A stretch of DNA of 64,000 nucleotides, taken from the NCBI GenBank assembly GCA_951406725.2, contig OX597815.1:139128001-139192000 (forward strand). Direction: 5' to 3'. Numbering within the stretch: the stretch's first letter is position 1; every line of letters starts with the position of its first letter. Shown piece after piece: positions 15,073 through 26,927 of this stretch. The translations under genes were made by a program, and so were the position numbers. This stretch comes from Octopus vulgaris (Eukaryota). Below the pieces are notes generated by a model. The model did no database searches and had not been told where the DNA came from. It worked only from the letters and a program-made list of their open reading frames with translations.

Positions 15073-15142
15073 AATATATATATATATATATGCATGTATT
15101 ATATATATATATATATATATACATATATTATATATACATGTA
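14760..15142. repeat. (TA)n/(TATACA)n microsatellite
   Basis: Directly visible. Confidence 0.9.
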
Positions 15143-15399
15143 AATTTAAATTTAAAATAATAAGAGGGAAAATTGAATATTAATTTGATTATGAATTGAA
15201 AACCAGTGGTGTAGCATATAAGATCATAGCGGATCTTCTTCTAGCATGGACCCTAAGTAAGGCATGTGTAAAGTTTGAATGAATTTGGTTGTGTAGTTCT
15301 CAAGTTTTAGGGATTCACACAGACAGACTGACAGATATAGCAGAAGACACATGCCAAGTTACCACATAGTGGGAGTGAACTGAGGACCATGTGTTTTGG

Positions 15400-16410
15400 A
15401 ACCCGGTCTCGCGCCATTTCCGCTCTACCGGACACTCTTTGCAACACCTGCGTATATATATATATATATGACACCTCGGTCTTGCGCCATTTCCGTTCTA
15501 CCGGTAATTCTTTGCAACATCTGTCTGTGTTCGAATTGTCCTTGCACAGGGGCCATCCGGACTCCCGTCTTCGGACGTGAACAAGGATTAATCTTCTCTC
15601 TTCGCTCCTTTGTGCCACATGGGCTCAACTCTCCTCCCCTCTTCATCTAACCCTTCTCCCCTCTCCTCTCTTCCACACCTACTTCCTCCCACCCACCTCT
15701 TGTTCTAACTCCTACTTCTTCTCTTCACTCCTACTCTCCTTCTGTCTTCTATTCACTCATACCCACACTCTCCCTTCCCCCTCTCCCTTCACCCTCACCG
15801 TACCTCGTAACCCACCCCTACACGAACCAACCATACCTTCCCTATCCATCCCATCCCACCCCAACCCATCCCTTACAATCACTCCCACATACCCCCTCTA
15901 TCCTCACCCTATGCCTAACCCAAACCTCACCCTTGCTTTCCCCACACTCGCCTTCCTCACATCCCAACACCACCACACCATACACTATCATACCGCACAA
16001 CACCACATCACATCACACCACCACGCACACACTAGCACTGACCACTTCCCAGCCACACACCATCATCCACATACCTTCTCATACTCACACGCGCACGTCA
16101 AGGTCACCAGCCCTCTTCCACACGCATATACATGCTCTCTTATACACACGCACGCGCACCTTCATTTTGGAATCAACACTATTTTATTATCTCCCCTTCT
16201 TCCTAGCTCTCCTGTATGACTCCTCTGTCTGGCATTCGCCATGATAGATCGCTAGCCACTACACATTCTTTATTTTCTCTTCTTGTTTCTTTCTGGGTTC
16301 CTTTCTCTGTAAGAGCGTAAGCTCGAAACGTCAACGACTTGTTCACTTCCCGGGTGTTAAACTAATATATCTGTTTGCTTTCTACATCACCTGCCTTCAT
16401 CTTTTGTTTT
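15400..16410 (+). mobile_element. Penelope-like element 3' remnant (GIY-YIG C-terminus, C-rich UTR, pLTR-like end)
   Basis: PVSRHFRSTGHSLQHL and TSVLRHFRSTGNSLQHLSVFELSLHRGHPDSRLR/EQGLIFSLRSFVPHGLN fit the GIY-YIG tail (VA.HF...HS...R...E..LI..L....P.GLN). Degenerate hammerhead at 16307-16337. Confidence 0.75.
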
Positions 16411-16517
16411 ATTATCAATTCTCCCAATATACATATATACATATATGTGTGTGTGTGTGTGTATGCTTATATATGTCAGTGTGTATATATACATGCATAC
16501 ATACATACATGCATACA

Positions 16518-16601
<84 letters not shown>

Positions 16602-17122
16602 CGCACGTACTCATGTATGTTATCATAGATTGGTAGAAAGGTCTATAACCGTTTGAATTTAGAAAAAAATTACTCAATACAGAAAATATTTTATCATATA
16701 ATATAATCCTTCAGGTACTTTCAATGATCGTTTCACTCCAGACATTATTTTACTAAACATTATAAATGATCATTTTCCCATAAACCATATATATCATAAC
16801 ATCTTTAATAGAAATGGCTAAGAAAGCTTACTGTTGCTCACAAAATCTCCCTGCTTCTATAACCAATATCATCAGGCCAAACACATGAATCTATTCTCCT
16901 ATACTTAATCACAACTACGTCGATATCCTTCAACAGAATGCATCTTTCTGTAGTATTAATATAGTTAACTATGATATTTTCTCACAAATAACCGTAAAAC
17001 ATAGAAAGCTATATATACTTTACTGAAAATTCCTTGGAAAGATTTTCGAAACATACATAAACTTTTAGAGACTCAGAAAGCCGTTTCACCTCCTGATAAT
17101 TCAAATATAAATTTATGTTAAT

Positions 17123-17545
17123 GCAGGCGCAGGAGTGGCTGTGTGGTAAGTAGCTTGCTAACCAACCACATGGTTCCGGGTTCAGTCCCACTGCGTGGCA
17201 TCTTGGGCAAGTGTCTTCTGCTATAGCCCCGGGCCGACCAATGCCTTGTGAGTGGATTTGGTAGACGGAAACTGAAAGAAGCCTGTCGTATATATGTATA
17301 TATATATGTATGTGTGTGTGTGTGTGTTTGCGTGTCTGTGTTTGTCCCTCTAGCATTGCTTGACAACCAATGCTGGTGTGTTTATATCCCCGTTACTTAG
17401 CGGTTCGGCAAAAGAGACCGATAGAATAAGTACTGGGCTTACAAAAGAATAAGTCCCGGAATCGAGTTTCTCGATTAAAGGCGGTGCTCCAGCATGGCCA
17501 CAGTCAAATGACTGAAACAAGTAAAAGAGTAAAAGAGTAAAGAGT
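17123..17545 (+). mobile_element. tRNA-derived CORE-like SINE, family B (full length)
   Basis: A box (tggctgtgtgg), B-box-like ggttcagtccc, CORE-like catcttgggcaagtgtctt, internal (TA/TG)n and (GTAAAAGA)n tail; recurs several times in the window. Confidence 0.85.
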
Positions 17546-17858
17546 AGGTGTCGGGTTTTGCGTTCTGCTGTAAGAATATTGCGCATTTTCTCACAGTTTT
17601 TGAAACCAACAGTATCTCGAAGACTTATCATTTAGGAAAAGCACACTTTTCCTTATAAAGTGTCACTCTCCTTCATTTCTCATACTCTTGAATCTTTGAA
17701 TTTTGGCAAGGTGAGACCCAACGATGAAATTGATGAAGCTTCAGCTTTCAATAAGCACACACGCACTCACACAAATACGCACACACAAAAACGCAAAAAT
17801 ACTCAAACACGCATATTATATATGTTTAAATAATTTAAGTATATATATATACACATAC

Positions 17859-17898
<40 letters not shown>

Positions 17899-17966
17899 GA
17901 GAGAAAGAGGGAGAGACAGAGAGGGAGAGAGAGAGAGAGAAATTGATATATATATTCATATATACT

Positions 17967-18011
<45 letters not shown>

Positions 18012-18013
<2 letters not shown>

Positions 18014-18851
18014 ACAAATTAATAAATAAAACATATGCATATATACATACATATATGTACGTACCTACATCTACATGTATATATACATGCATGTATGGGT
18101 ACAGGACACCAAAAAAAACGTCGAACACAATGAGAAACGAAAACATAAACACAAAACCAAGGAAATGGACATTTTTTTTAAACAATGAAAAAATAGAGTG
18201 CAGAACATACAACACAAGGAAAATTCCCCTTCTTCAGTCGCCTCTGTTTCATCTACTCCGCGTTTCGAAGGTCAAGGCGAGACTCGACTTCAGCAAAACA
18301 TTCCTTCCCGCAAAAAGCAAATTAAATTAAATTTGATATTTTTTTGCGGAGGGGTAAAAATGGTAGAAAAATAGGGCAGTAAAGACAGTACAAATTATAA
18401 ACAGTAAAAGATAGGGCAAGGAGAATAACAGTAACACAAACAATGAGGGTTGTTAAGCCAAACGAGAGAAAATATTACGAACGCTTGTTGAGAACGGCAG
18501 AGAGAGACACAGAAAAGCCGTCTACACTCGGGGGAAGCGAGGTCAGAAAGACAGTAGCTTTCTCGTCGCTGGTCAACGACGGGACAGAGGAGGAGTAAGA
18601 GAGGGGGGAAAGGGAGGGAATTATCCTTGTGTTGTATGTCCTGTACTCTATTTTTTCTTTGCTTAAGCAAAATGTCCATTTCCTTGGTGTTGTGTTTATG
18701 TTTTCGTTTCTCATTGTGTTCGACGTTTTTTTTTTGTGTCCTGTACCCATATATGCATGTATATATACATGTAGATGTAGGTACGTACATTTATGTATAT
18801 ATGCATATGTCTTATTTATTAATTTGTTATTTCATTCATTCTACCTTTCTG

Positions 18852-18898
<47 letters not shown>

Positions 18899-19030
18899 CT
18901 TCATTATTTCTGGTTTTCTCTACAACCATTCCCTCCCCCCTCTCATATATGCATGTATATATACAAGTAGATGTAGGTACGTACATATATGCATGTATAT
19001 GTGCATATGTTTTGTTTATTAATTTGTTAT
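18012..19030. repeat. inverted pair of ~215-bp repeat copies plus a third partial copy
   Basis: 18015-18228 is the reverse complement of about 18616-18827; 18945-19027 repeats part of the latter. Confidence 0.85.
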
Positions 19031-19519
19031 TATATGACGGAACGCACGCATTCATTTCTAAGTAAGTTGGTTCTATATATATATATATATATATATATGT
19101 ATAGTATTGTCAATAGTATTGTCATTCGCATGTTTTGAATTCGGCGGTACTGGTCATGGATATAATTTGTCTGATGTTACTGGAGTCGGATAGGTATGTT
19201 CACTTCTTTCAGTGCTACCAAATTTATAATCCTGAAATACTGTTCTGAAGAGAAAAATGATGAGAATGAAAATGTGATTATTGCATTTGTCATATCTATC
19301 TAATTTCAAGACGCGTCCACAGTTAATCAAATGCCAGGTGAATTTCGTTGTTTTCTTTCTCTGCCTACGTGATATGTTTTTGAGCATATATTGTCTGAGA
19401 GTTGTTTCTTACAGTAGAAGAAACAGCTAGGTTCTTTGGCTGCTATTTCTAAAGTTCGGTGTGTAGTGAAGCAAATTCTTTTGCCTAACCCTCATTATAA
19501 TAAATATTGTTTAAGTTTA

Positions 19520-19522
<3 letters not shown>

Positions 19523-19575
<53 letters not shown>

Positions 19576-19606
19576 TATACATATATATATATATATACAC
19601 ACACAC

Positions 19607-19637
<31 letters not shown>

Positions 19638-19650
19638 AATATATATATAT

Positions 19651-19740
<90 letters not shown>

Positions 19741-19750
19741 GTATATATGA
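19523..19750. repeat. (TA)n microsatellite
   Basis: Directly visible. Confidence 0.95.
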
Positions 19751-20118
19751 TTGCATGCATATATGCATAAACACTGACGAGCGTGTGTGTTTGTGGATGT
19801 CGTGTGTATGTAGAGTAGATAGTTATCTGTCGGTGTTGAAATGAGAGCCCGTTGATTTAGCGTTTAAGTGGTTGAGTATTCCAAATGACTAGAATAAATG
19901 GCAGAATCAGCGTGACAATGTATGCGACAAGGTTGTATACTGAAATATTTTGTAATCCCTCAGACGGGCATGCATGGAGTTTCTGTCTACAGACTTTCAT
20001 TCAGTTATGTGTCTTTTTGCTGTTACATAAAATAACACTTTCCAAATTGACATTGCATGGGTTGAAACCCAGGGTTTTGTGGTTGCAAACTGAACTTCTT
20101 AAATAGTCGCCCATGACG

Positions 20119-20194
<76 letters not shown>

Positions 20195-20622
20195 GCTATC
20201 TATCTATCTATCTATCTACCCACCCATCTATCTTTCTATCCACTCACAACCATATGATGTCACCTTTCTTTCAGTAAAGTGAAGTTCGGTACGCGAGACT
20301 AAGGGCAGGGGATAGATCGTTAAATGCAAATAAACTCCGCTGTTAAGCACGTGCAATTAAAATCCATTCAAAAGGTTTTCCCCGTGAAGAACTCGAAAGG
20401 CTAAAAATGCTGAATAGTGAGAAAAGCTGAGAAGAGGGGCCGGGGTAGCATCAAAAACTGCTAGTCCGATTTTCTTGAGCACACTCGGTAAACAGCTGCC
20501 AGAAATAACAGATTGGGTCACCTTGTACCCTATCCTGGAGACAAATATGAAAGCACTTCATCCGTTACTGTAGCAAAAGCAGCATTACCACATTGTCTTG
20601 TTACAAGGAGGAATGATAATAA

Positions 20623-20720
20623 GATAATAATCGAAGATTATCGAACTTTCAAGTTTGATAATAATCGAAGATTATCAAATATTCAAGTTTGATAATAATG
20701 AAAGAAGATTATCAAATTTG
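20623..20720. repeat. 34-bp tandem repeat (~3 units), each unit palindromic
   Basis: Units start at 20623, 20657 and 20691; tttgataat-aatcgaag-attatcaaa hairpin. Confidence 0.8.
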
Positions 20721-21649
20721 CAAAATAAATTCACCAAGTAAAAAAAGAAGATATCCCCATAGAAGTATTAACCCCTGTGGAGTTACTTTCTCGAGGCGAT
20801 AAAGATTACGACGTAGATGACATAAAATTCACATTCCTTTGAGAGTTACCGACGCTGATTGACACAAGAACATGGTATTGGTACGATGGGCTTTTCCTGC
20901 ATATACGAATGAGCGAATCATGTTAGTGTCAGAATACTGGAAACATGCTAAAATCAGGGCCTTAACAAAAGCGATAAATTTTTATTATCGTTATTTAAAA
21001 TGAATTTCCTAAGTAAGTGGGTCGTTCATATAACAAACTTTGCATTAAAATGTTAAAAGTCACTTTAGGATGCACGGGACTTAGTTCGAGAAATGACAGG
21101 AGGGCAGTACAGTGTGCTCTATCCCGATCAAGGCAGTGGTTTCTCTGCTCTTGTGTAGGTGGGAACTCTAAATGATCTGCAAATGTTATTTTTTGTTTAA
21201 ATGATATCTTTCTTAAATTATATATTTTCAAATTAAATGTTTTCAAGAAACAAACTGATCTCCTGCTATCGAATGTCCCATATGAAACTATATCACGGCA
21301 AGAAACTGAAAAGAGGGCAGCCGTCTCGTATTTCCTCCTTCACCAAAAGCCAGTCGCATAAGAATGGCGATACTTGGATGCTCCTACATAGATACGGTCA
21401 CTTGGGCTGAAATATAGAAAATGAAAGACATAAAATTCCATCTTTTTTTAATAACATATTTTTTATTAATTGTACATTCCATTATGCATTATAAAAATTA
21501 AAGCTGCGTGTTTGTATTTTCAAGTTGTTTCCAAATGTACAACATAACGTCTTACACATTTCCCCTTCTCTATGTATGTATTTTTAGTCCCACCACACAT
21601 CCTCTTTTATCATTTACTATATTTTACTGTATCTTTCGAGACTCCATTG

Positions 21650-22615
21650 TGTGATCAATATAACCTTTCAACCTTTCAGAGTCGACGAAATAAGATAACA
21701 ATCATGTGCTGGAGTCGAGGCTATCGACTAATCCAATCCTCTCAAAATTGTTGTCCTTGTGCTTAAAACATAAATCCTTTCATAAAAGGGTTTTGAACAA
21801 GCAGAATCATTAAAATCATCGGATAATGTCTTTTGATACTTGTTCCGGCGCTTCACATTCTGAGTTCAATACAACTTTGATCAATTTCGCCGTTCAGCAT
21901 TCTGTGGTCGTTAAAAAATAATTGACTTGGTCCTCAAAAAATTGCTGATCTTGTGCCAAAATTTGAAACACTACTTATAAATTTATTTGTGTTTGCAAAG
22001 AAGGCAGAACTTTTGCATGCCGGACAAAATGCTTAACAGCATTTCATCCGTCGTTGCATTCTGATTTCAAAATACGCTAAGTTCGACTTTGCATCTTATA
22101 CTTTCGAGATCAATGAAAAATGTACCAGTCGAGCTCTGAGGTCGAAGTAATCGACAATACTCCACCCTCCATATTTCAGACCTTATGATTATTGTGCAAA
22201 GTATTATTTGTGGTGGTAAAGCGGCGAACTGGCGGAATCGTTGACATGCCGGGCAAATTGCTTAACGGTATTTTTTCTGGATCTTTACGTTCTGACTTCA
22301 AATTCTACCGAGGTTGATTTTACCTTTCATCCTTTTGGGGTCGATTAAATAAGTACCAGTTACGCACTGAGGTCGATGTAATCGACTCGATCCGTTTGTC
22401 TGTCTTTGTTTGTCCTCACTGTGTTTAGCCCCTTGTGGGTAGTAAAGAAAAAGGTATTTTTTCTGGATCTTTACGTTCTGACTTCAAATTCTACCGAGGT
22501 TGATTTTCCCTTTCATCCTTTCGGGGTTGATAAAAAAAGTATCAGTTGAGTACTGGGGTCGATGTAATTAACTTACCCCCTCACCCGAATTTACTGGACT
22601 TGTACCAAAATTTGA
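21650..22615 (+). mobile_element. cluster of 4-5 head-to-tail SINE family A copies of differing age
   Basis: Copies at about 21650, 21800, 21995 and 22217; the last has an internal duplication of the body. Confidence 0.8.
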
Positions 22616-22654
22616 AATGATCATCACCGTCATCGTCATCAATATTATTATTGA

Positions 22655-22655
22655 C

Positions 22656-22700
<45 letters not shown>

Positions 22701-22745
22701 TGTAGTAGTAGTAGTAGTAGCAGCAGCAGGAGAAGTAGTAGTAGC
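22655..22745. repeat. (TAG)n/(CAG)n microsatellite
   Basis: Directly visible. Confidence 0.95.
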
Positions 22746-23789
22746 AGAAAGTTTTAAGAAACTGTCATGAGAGCAGAACAGCAGGTCTTCAGAGATGATG
22801 ATGATGATGAATTGCAGTGGCAATAAAAAAGTGGCTTCCAATGTTTCAACTAGAGATATGTTTCAATTCACAAGTTATGCTAAGTAATATCAAGTCATTC
22901 CTCAACCCTCTACATTGTTCTGCAAACGATAAATTACTGCCAAACATATAACTTAAAATATCTGTAATGCACATTAATGTTTGTTGTATGCCATTTGGAC
23001 AAATAATCAAAACGTAAAAGTCGTTCAGGCTTACGTGTGTATTTTGCGGAATGCAGTTTCTAGATGGTCGGGTAATTTTACATTTCGGTGTGTCTACAAA
23101 CAATTTTTGGTAATAACAATAAAGATAGGGAATCCAATCAAGTTTGAAAGGCGGATTTCCTGAAAGTATGTTTACGAAAAGCGCAGTAAATGTTCTTTAT
23201 TTTTACAGTATGAAATGATATCTGATGTAATGTTTTTTGATAACGAGTGTTTTATGAGAAAGATGTCACAAAACAGGAAAAAGGCATACTTTGTCAACTA
23301 TCGATTATAGATCGCTTACAATGAGATATGAGAGGCTCCTCACAGTTCATATTTGAATATATCTATACATACATGCGCATATGTACACACAGATGCAGCA
23401 ACACATACGCAACACACACACATATGCATACATAAATACATACATGGACATATACATTTGTATAGTTTAAGTATGTTTGTATGCGTATGTCTAAGTATAC
23501 ATTTATTATGCAAATGTACAAAGCGTTGTGAGAAATGTTCATAAGAAACAAATGCGTGGTTCGAGTCTTGAAAGTGCAGGTTTTCGGGTTTTTTTTTCTT
23601 TCATTCAAAGAATTTAAAACCTAATATATTACAAGCTATTATTTACAAGCATTTTTATTTCGAGATACATTGTTAAATTTTGTATATACATATTTCTAAA
23701 CATGTTACAAGTATAGTCAAAACGTACACATCCCTTTAAGACCAAAGTCATTTATCTTTTGTTTTAAAATATCCGATACAAATGGAGTG

Positions 23790-24780
23790 TCTTTATCCAT
23801 CAGGTGGTATTTCTTATTTATGTAATTCTGTTCTCTTTCATTGAGCCTCATATTTTCTCTCCTTGTTTTCCTCGAACTTAAATCATTCCGTCATATATCG
23901 AAAATTTTCTTGCATTCTCCTTTGCTAGAATGGTTAATTGTTTATCTGTACATTCTTTTCTCTAAACATTCCAGTTTTTTCCTCAGTGGTGGCATAAGCA
24001 ATGATATGCATAAAAGAATTTAACTTGGTGATGAACTTCATTAGGTATCTCACGGCTTCATTTGCTTTCCTGAGTTCTGAGATAAGTTTTCCTCTATCAC
24101 ATTACTTGAATGATAGCAACCTTTCTGTCGTGGAGAGTAACTATTTCCAGCTAACTTCTTTCAGCAACTTGGAGGAACCCTGTCTTCTATATATCGTAGA
24201 TGCCCTCCCTCCATGTTTAATCTCTGTCAACCCTCCTGTTCAATGAGCATTTCTTCTGGATCATTTGTCCTCTACAGTTCATTTCGCATTTCCATTATAA
24301 TCTCCTGTCGTTCCATATTCTCTAACAATTTTTGATATTAATTTGTCCAATCTTTCTTTACTCACATACCCCAGCTCATCATATAGATAATCTATTTCCC
24401 CAGAGACCTTGTAACCTTTATCTTTAACATCTTTTCTCGGGATCACTCTTAATATAACATTCAAATAACAATTTGTTGTTCTCTTTCGTCCATTTTAATC
24501 TCCTACACTGTTATGGGTCATCAGTTGCTTGATCACGACTATGTCTGCAGGCTTACAGGACACCTGCCGGATGCGACACCTTCGCAAAAGGCTCCAGCCT
24601 CGTTGTGATCGATAAGATTATTGATATTTCTCTCATAACTGAGGCATCTGTTTTCAGGTTACCATCAGCCAGCCGGTATCTCGTGTTACCCTCATTAGAC
24701 AAGTCGTCAACCAAGACTCTTGAGAGACCTCTTTGCCCTCATTGAAGCTGGTTATTCTGCGTTGGTCGACACCTACTGTA
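23790..24780 (-). mobile_element. decayed 5' portion of an R4/Dong-type LINE
   Basis: Minus-strand RRLKWTKENNKLLFECY and ERLLSFK..RGKLISELRKANEAV...ITKLNSFMH...PF*QRRMQE parallel the N-terminus of the LINE at 38.7 kb (KRIKWTREDYRDVLKAFY...REPLPKF...LTTLNNLVY...PPKWK). Confidence 0.65.
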
Positions 24781-25101
24781 TTCTCTCAGTACATAAAGAC
24801 ACATTTAGTGGATTGTCGTTGACTCTAGTGAGTTCATCAGCCCTTTAAATGATTTCGTTTATTGTCTTATAGGGTACCCAACAAAAACCACATTGCTTAT
24901 CAGACAAATGCTTTGTATGTTTGACAGTTTAGTCGCCGACGGACCCACCATGATACAGGTTGTAGTGGATTACATGTCACCAATAGCACTAAAAGTGACC
25001 TGACATATTGTCATAGTTATTATTACAATTGCTACTACTGTCACTACTACCAACATTGTTACTAACACTATACTATATTCTTATTGTTATCACGATTACT
25101 C

Positions 25102-25312
25102 AAGGCGGCGAACTGGCAGAATCGTTAGCGTGTTAGCAAAATCCTTATTGGCATTTTGTCCGTCTTTATGTTTTGAGTTCAAATTATGCTGAGGTCGACT
25201 TTGCCTTTCATCGTTTCGGGGTCGATAAAATAAGCACCAGCTGAACACTGAGGTCGATGTAGTCGACTTACCTCCCTCCACAAAACTGCTAGCCTTGTGC
25301 CAAAGTTTGAAA
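25102..25312 (+). mobile_element. SINE family A
   Basis: Same unit as 150-357. Confidence 0.85.
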
Positions 25313-25675
25313 TTATTATTATCACAATTACTATTTCTCTAAGGATCCTTCTTATCCTCACTACCATTATTATTATTGGGATCGGTAGAATGAAATTAGG
25401 ATATCAAGATATCTGATACAAAAACTTTCGGTATCAGTGGTGGCGGCAGCTTTGGGTGAGAGCACGGTGAGAAAGCATGATTCTAACATTCAAGGGAGAG
25501 AAAGAAAACAAGTGAAAAGAGAAATATACCCACTATTATAAAATGATGAGAGACAACCGAACTAAATATATCTAAACTGTCATTAAACTAACTAACGTTG
25601 ATTAGGAAATAAATGTAACCTGGATTTAACATACTGCATATGGAAACATTAGTTCTGGTTTTGACCAGAAATCGT

Positions 25676-25885
25676 AACGGCGAGTTGGCAGAATCATTAG
25701 CACGCCGGGCAAAATTCTTTGCGGTATTTCGTCCGTTTCTACGAACTGAGTTCAAATTCTGTTGACGTTGACTTTGCCTTTTCATCCTTTGGAAATCGAC
25801 GAAATAAGTACCTGTTTCACACTGGGGTCGATATAATCGATGAGCCCCTCCTTCCAAAAGCCCAGAATCCATGCCTTTAGTACAA
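25676..25885 (+). mobile_element. SINE family A
   Basis: Same unit as 150-357. Confidence 0.8.
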
Positions 25886-26927
25886 AGGGTTATCGGTATT
25901 ATTACATTGTCATAAAAACTGAACGGTTGTCTGCATGACACAAGAAGTGTAACCAGAGGAGAAGACACGCGAGGATCAGGAGTGCTTGAATGGGGGAGTA
26001 TGACAGATCACTCAGTTGCGAGAAACAGAGGCTATTAGTCTCATATTACATTAAAATAATATCCGGAATATACCCGATGCCTTTCCTAGCATAGTATATA
26101 AAACAAATAATTTTCATGTCACAGCTACATAACTCATAGAGACATGGTCTTGTTTCTTAGGAAAAATACTTGAGAAAAACCAACAGGGTGATGTAGATGA
26201 TTTACCATTTTCGCATTGTACTCAAGATCTTATCAGTTAACGATACAAATGTGAAGTATTTTTATATATTTCATTTTTAACTATTCTATAATATGGTTTA
26301 AAGAACAGAATATTGTGAGCCAAAGTGTGGAAAACTTTTGAGAGATTCAACTTGTAGTTTCTTTTCTTTTGTTTTTCTTTGTCTTGGTTATGTCAGATAA
26401 AATTCATTCTATCACTCTTGCTGTTGGACCGACTTTAGACTGATTTCTGTGAAAACTATTGTGGCTTATGAAAAGTAGATGATCGTGGTGAAGAAATGAA
26501 GGGAGATGAAGAAAGAGATTTTTTAGAATGTCGCAGATGATATGAAGGAAAAAAAGTGGTTGATAGTTCAAAATTAACGGTGTTCTTTTCTTTAAAATGG
26601 GTATAAATTTGACGATTTTTTAATGGGTTAGGATAAAATGATTGATTGATTAGTAAACATGGAATTCATGATATGGAAAAACGTTTAGATATGCTACCAC
26701 ACCTAGAACCCAACTACGGATTCAAATGTTTAATAATATTTGTAATACTCCACTCAAAATTATATTTAGATGTTAATATCGAGTGTATTCGTTGAAGAAA
26801 ATCGGATCTTTTTCTTTTCATGGGCAGCTCGATTAATTCATTTTCTTTACCTAAACACTTTCAAACTTCGTATACTGGTAGAATGTGTCATATAGAACAT
26901 CTTTTAATCTTAGCGTATATGTATCCA

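Noticed and set aside
20623-20720. CRISPR-like palindromic repeats
   Set aside because: No unique spacers, eukaryotic context and no cas genes.
24808-24845. Minus-strand CTGATGA-actc-acta-gagt hairpin upstream of the R4 5' fragment
   Set aside because: Followed by CAACGAC instead of GAAA and has no convincing stem I or III; at best a dead hammerhead.
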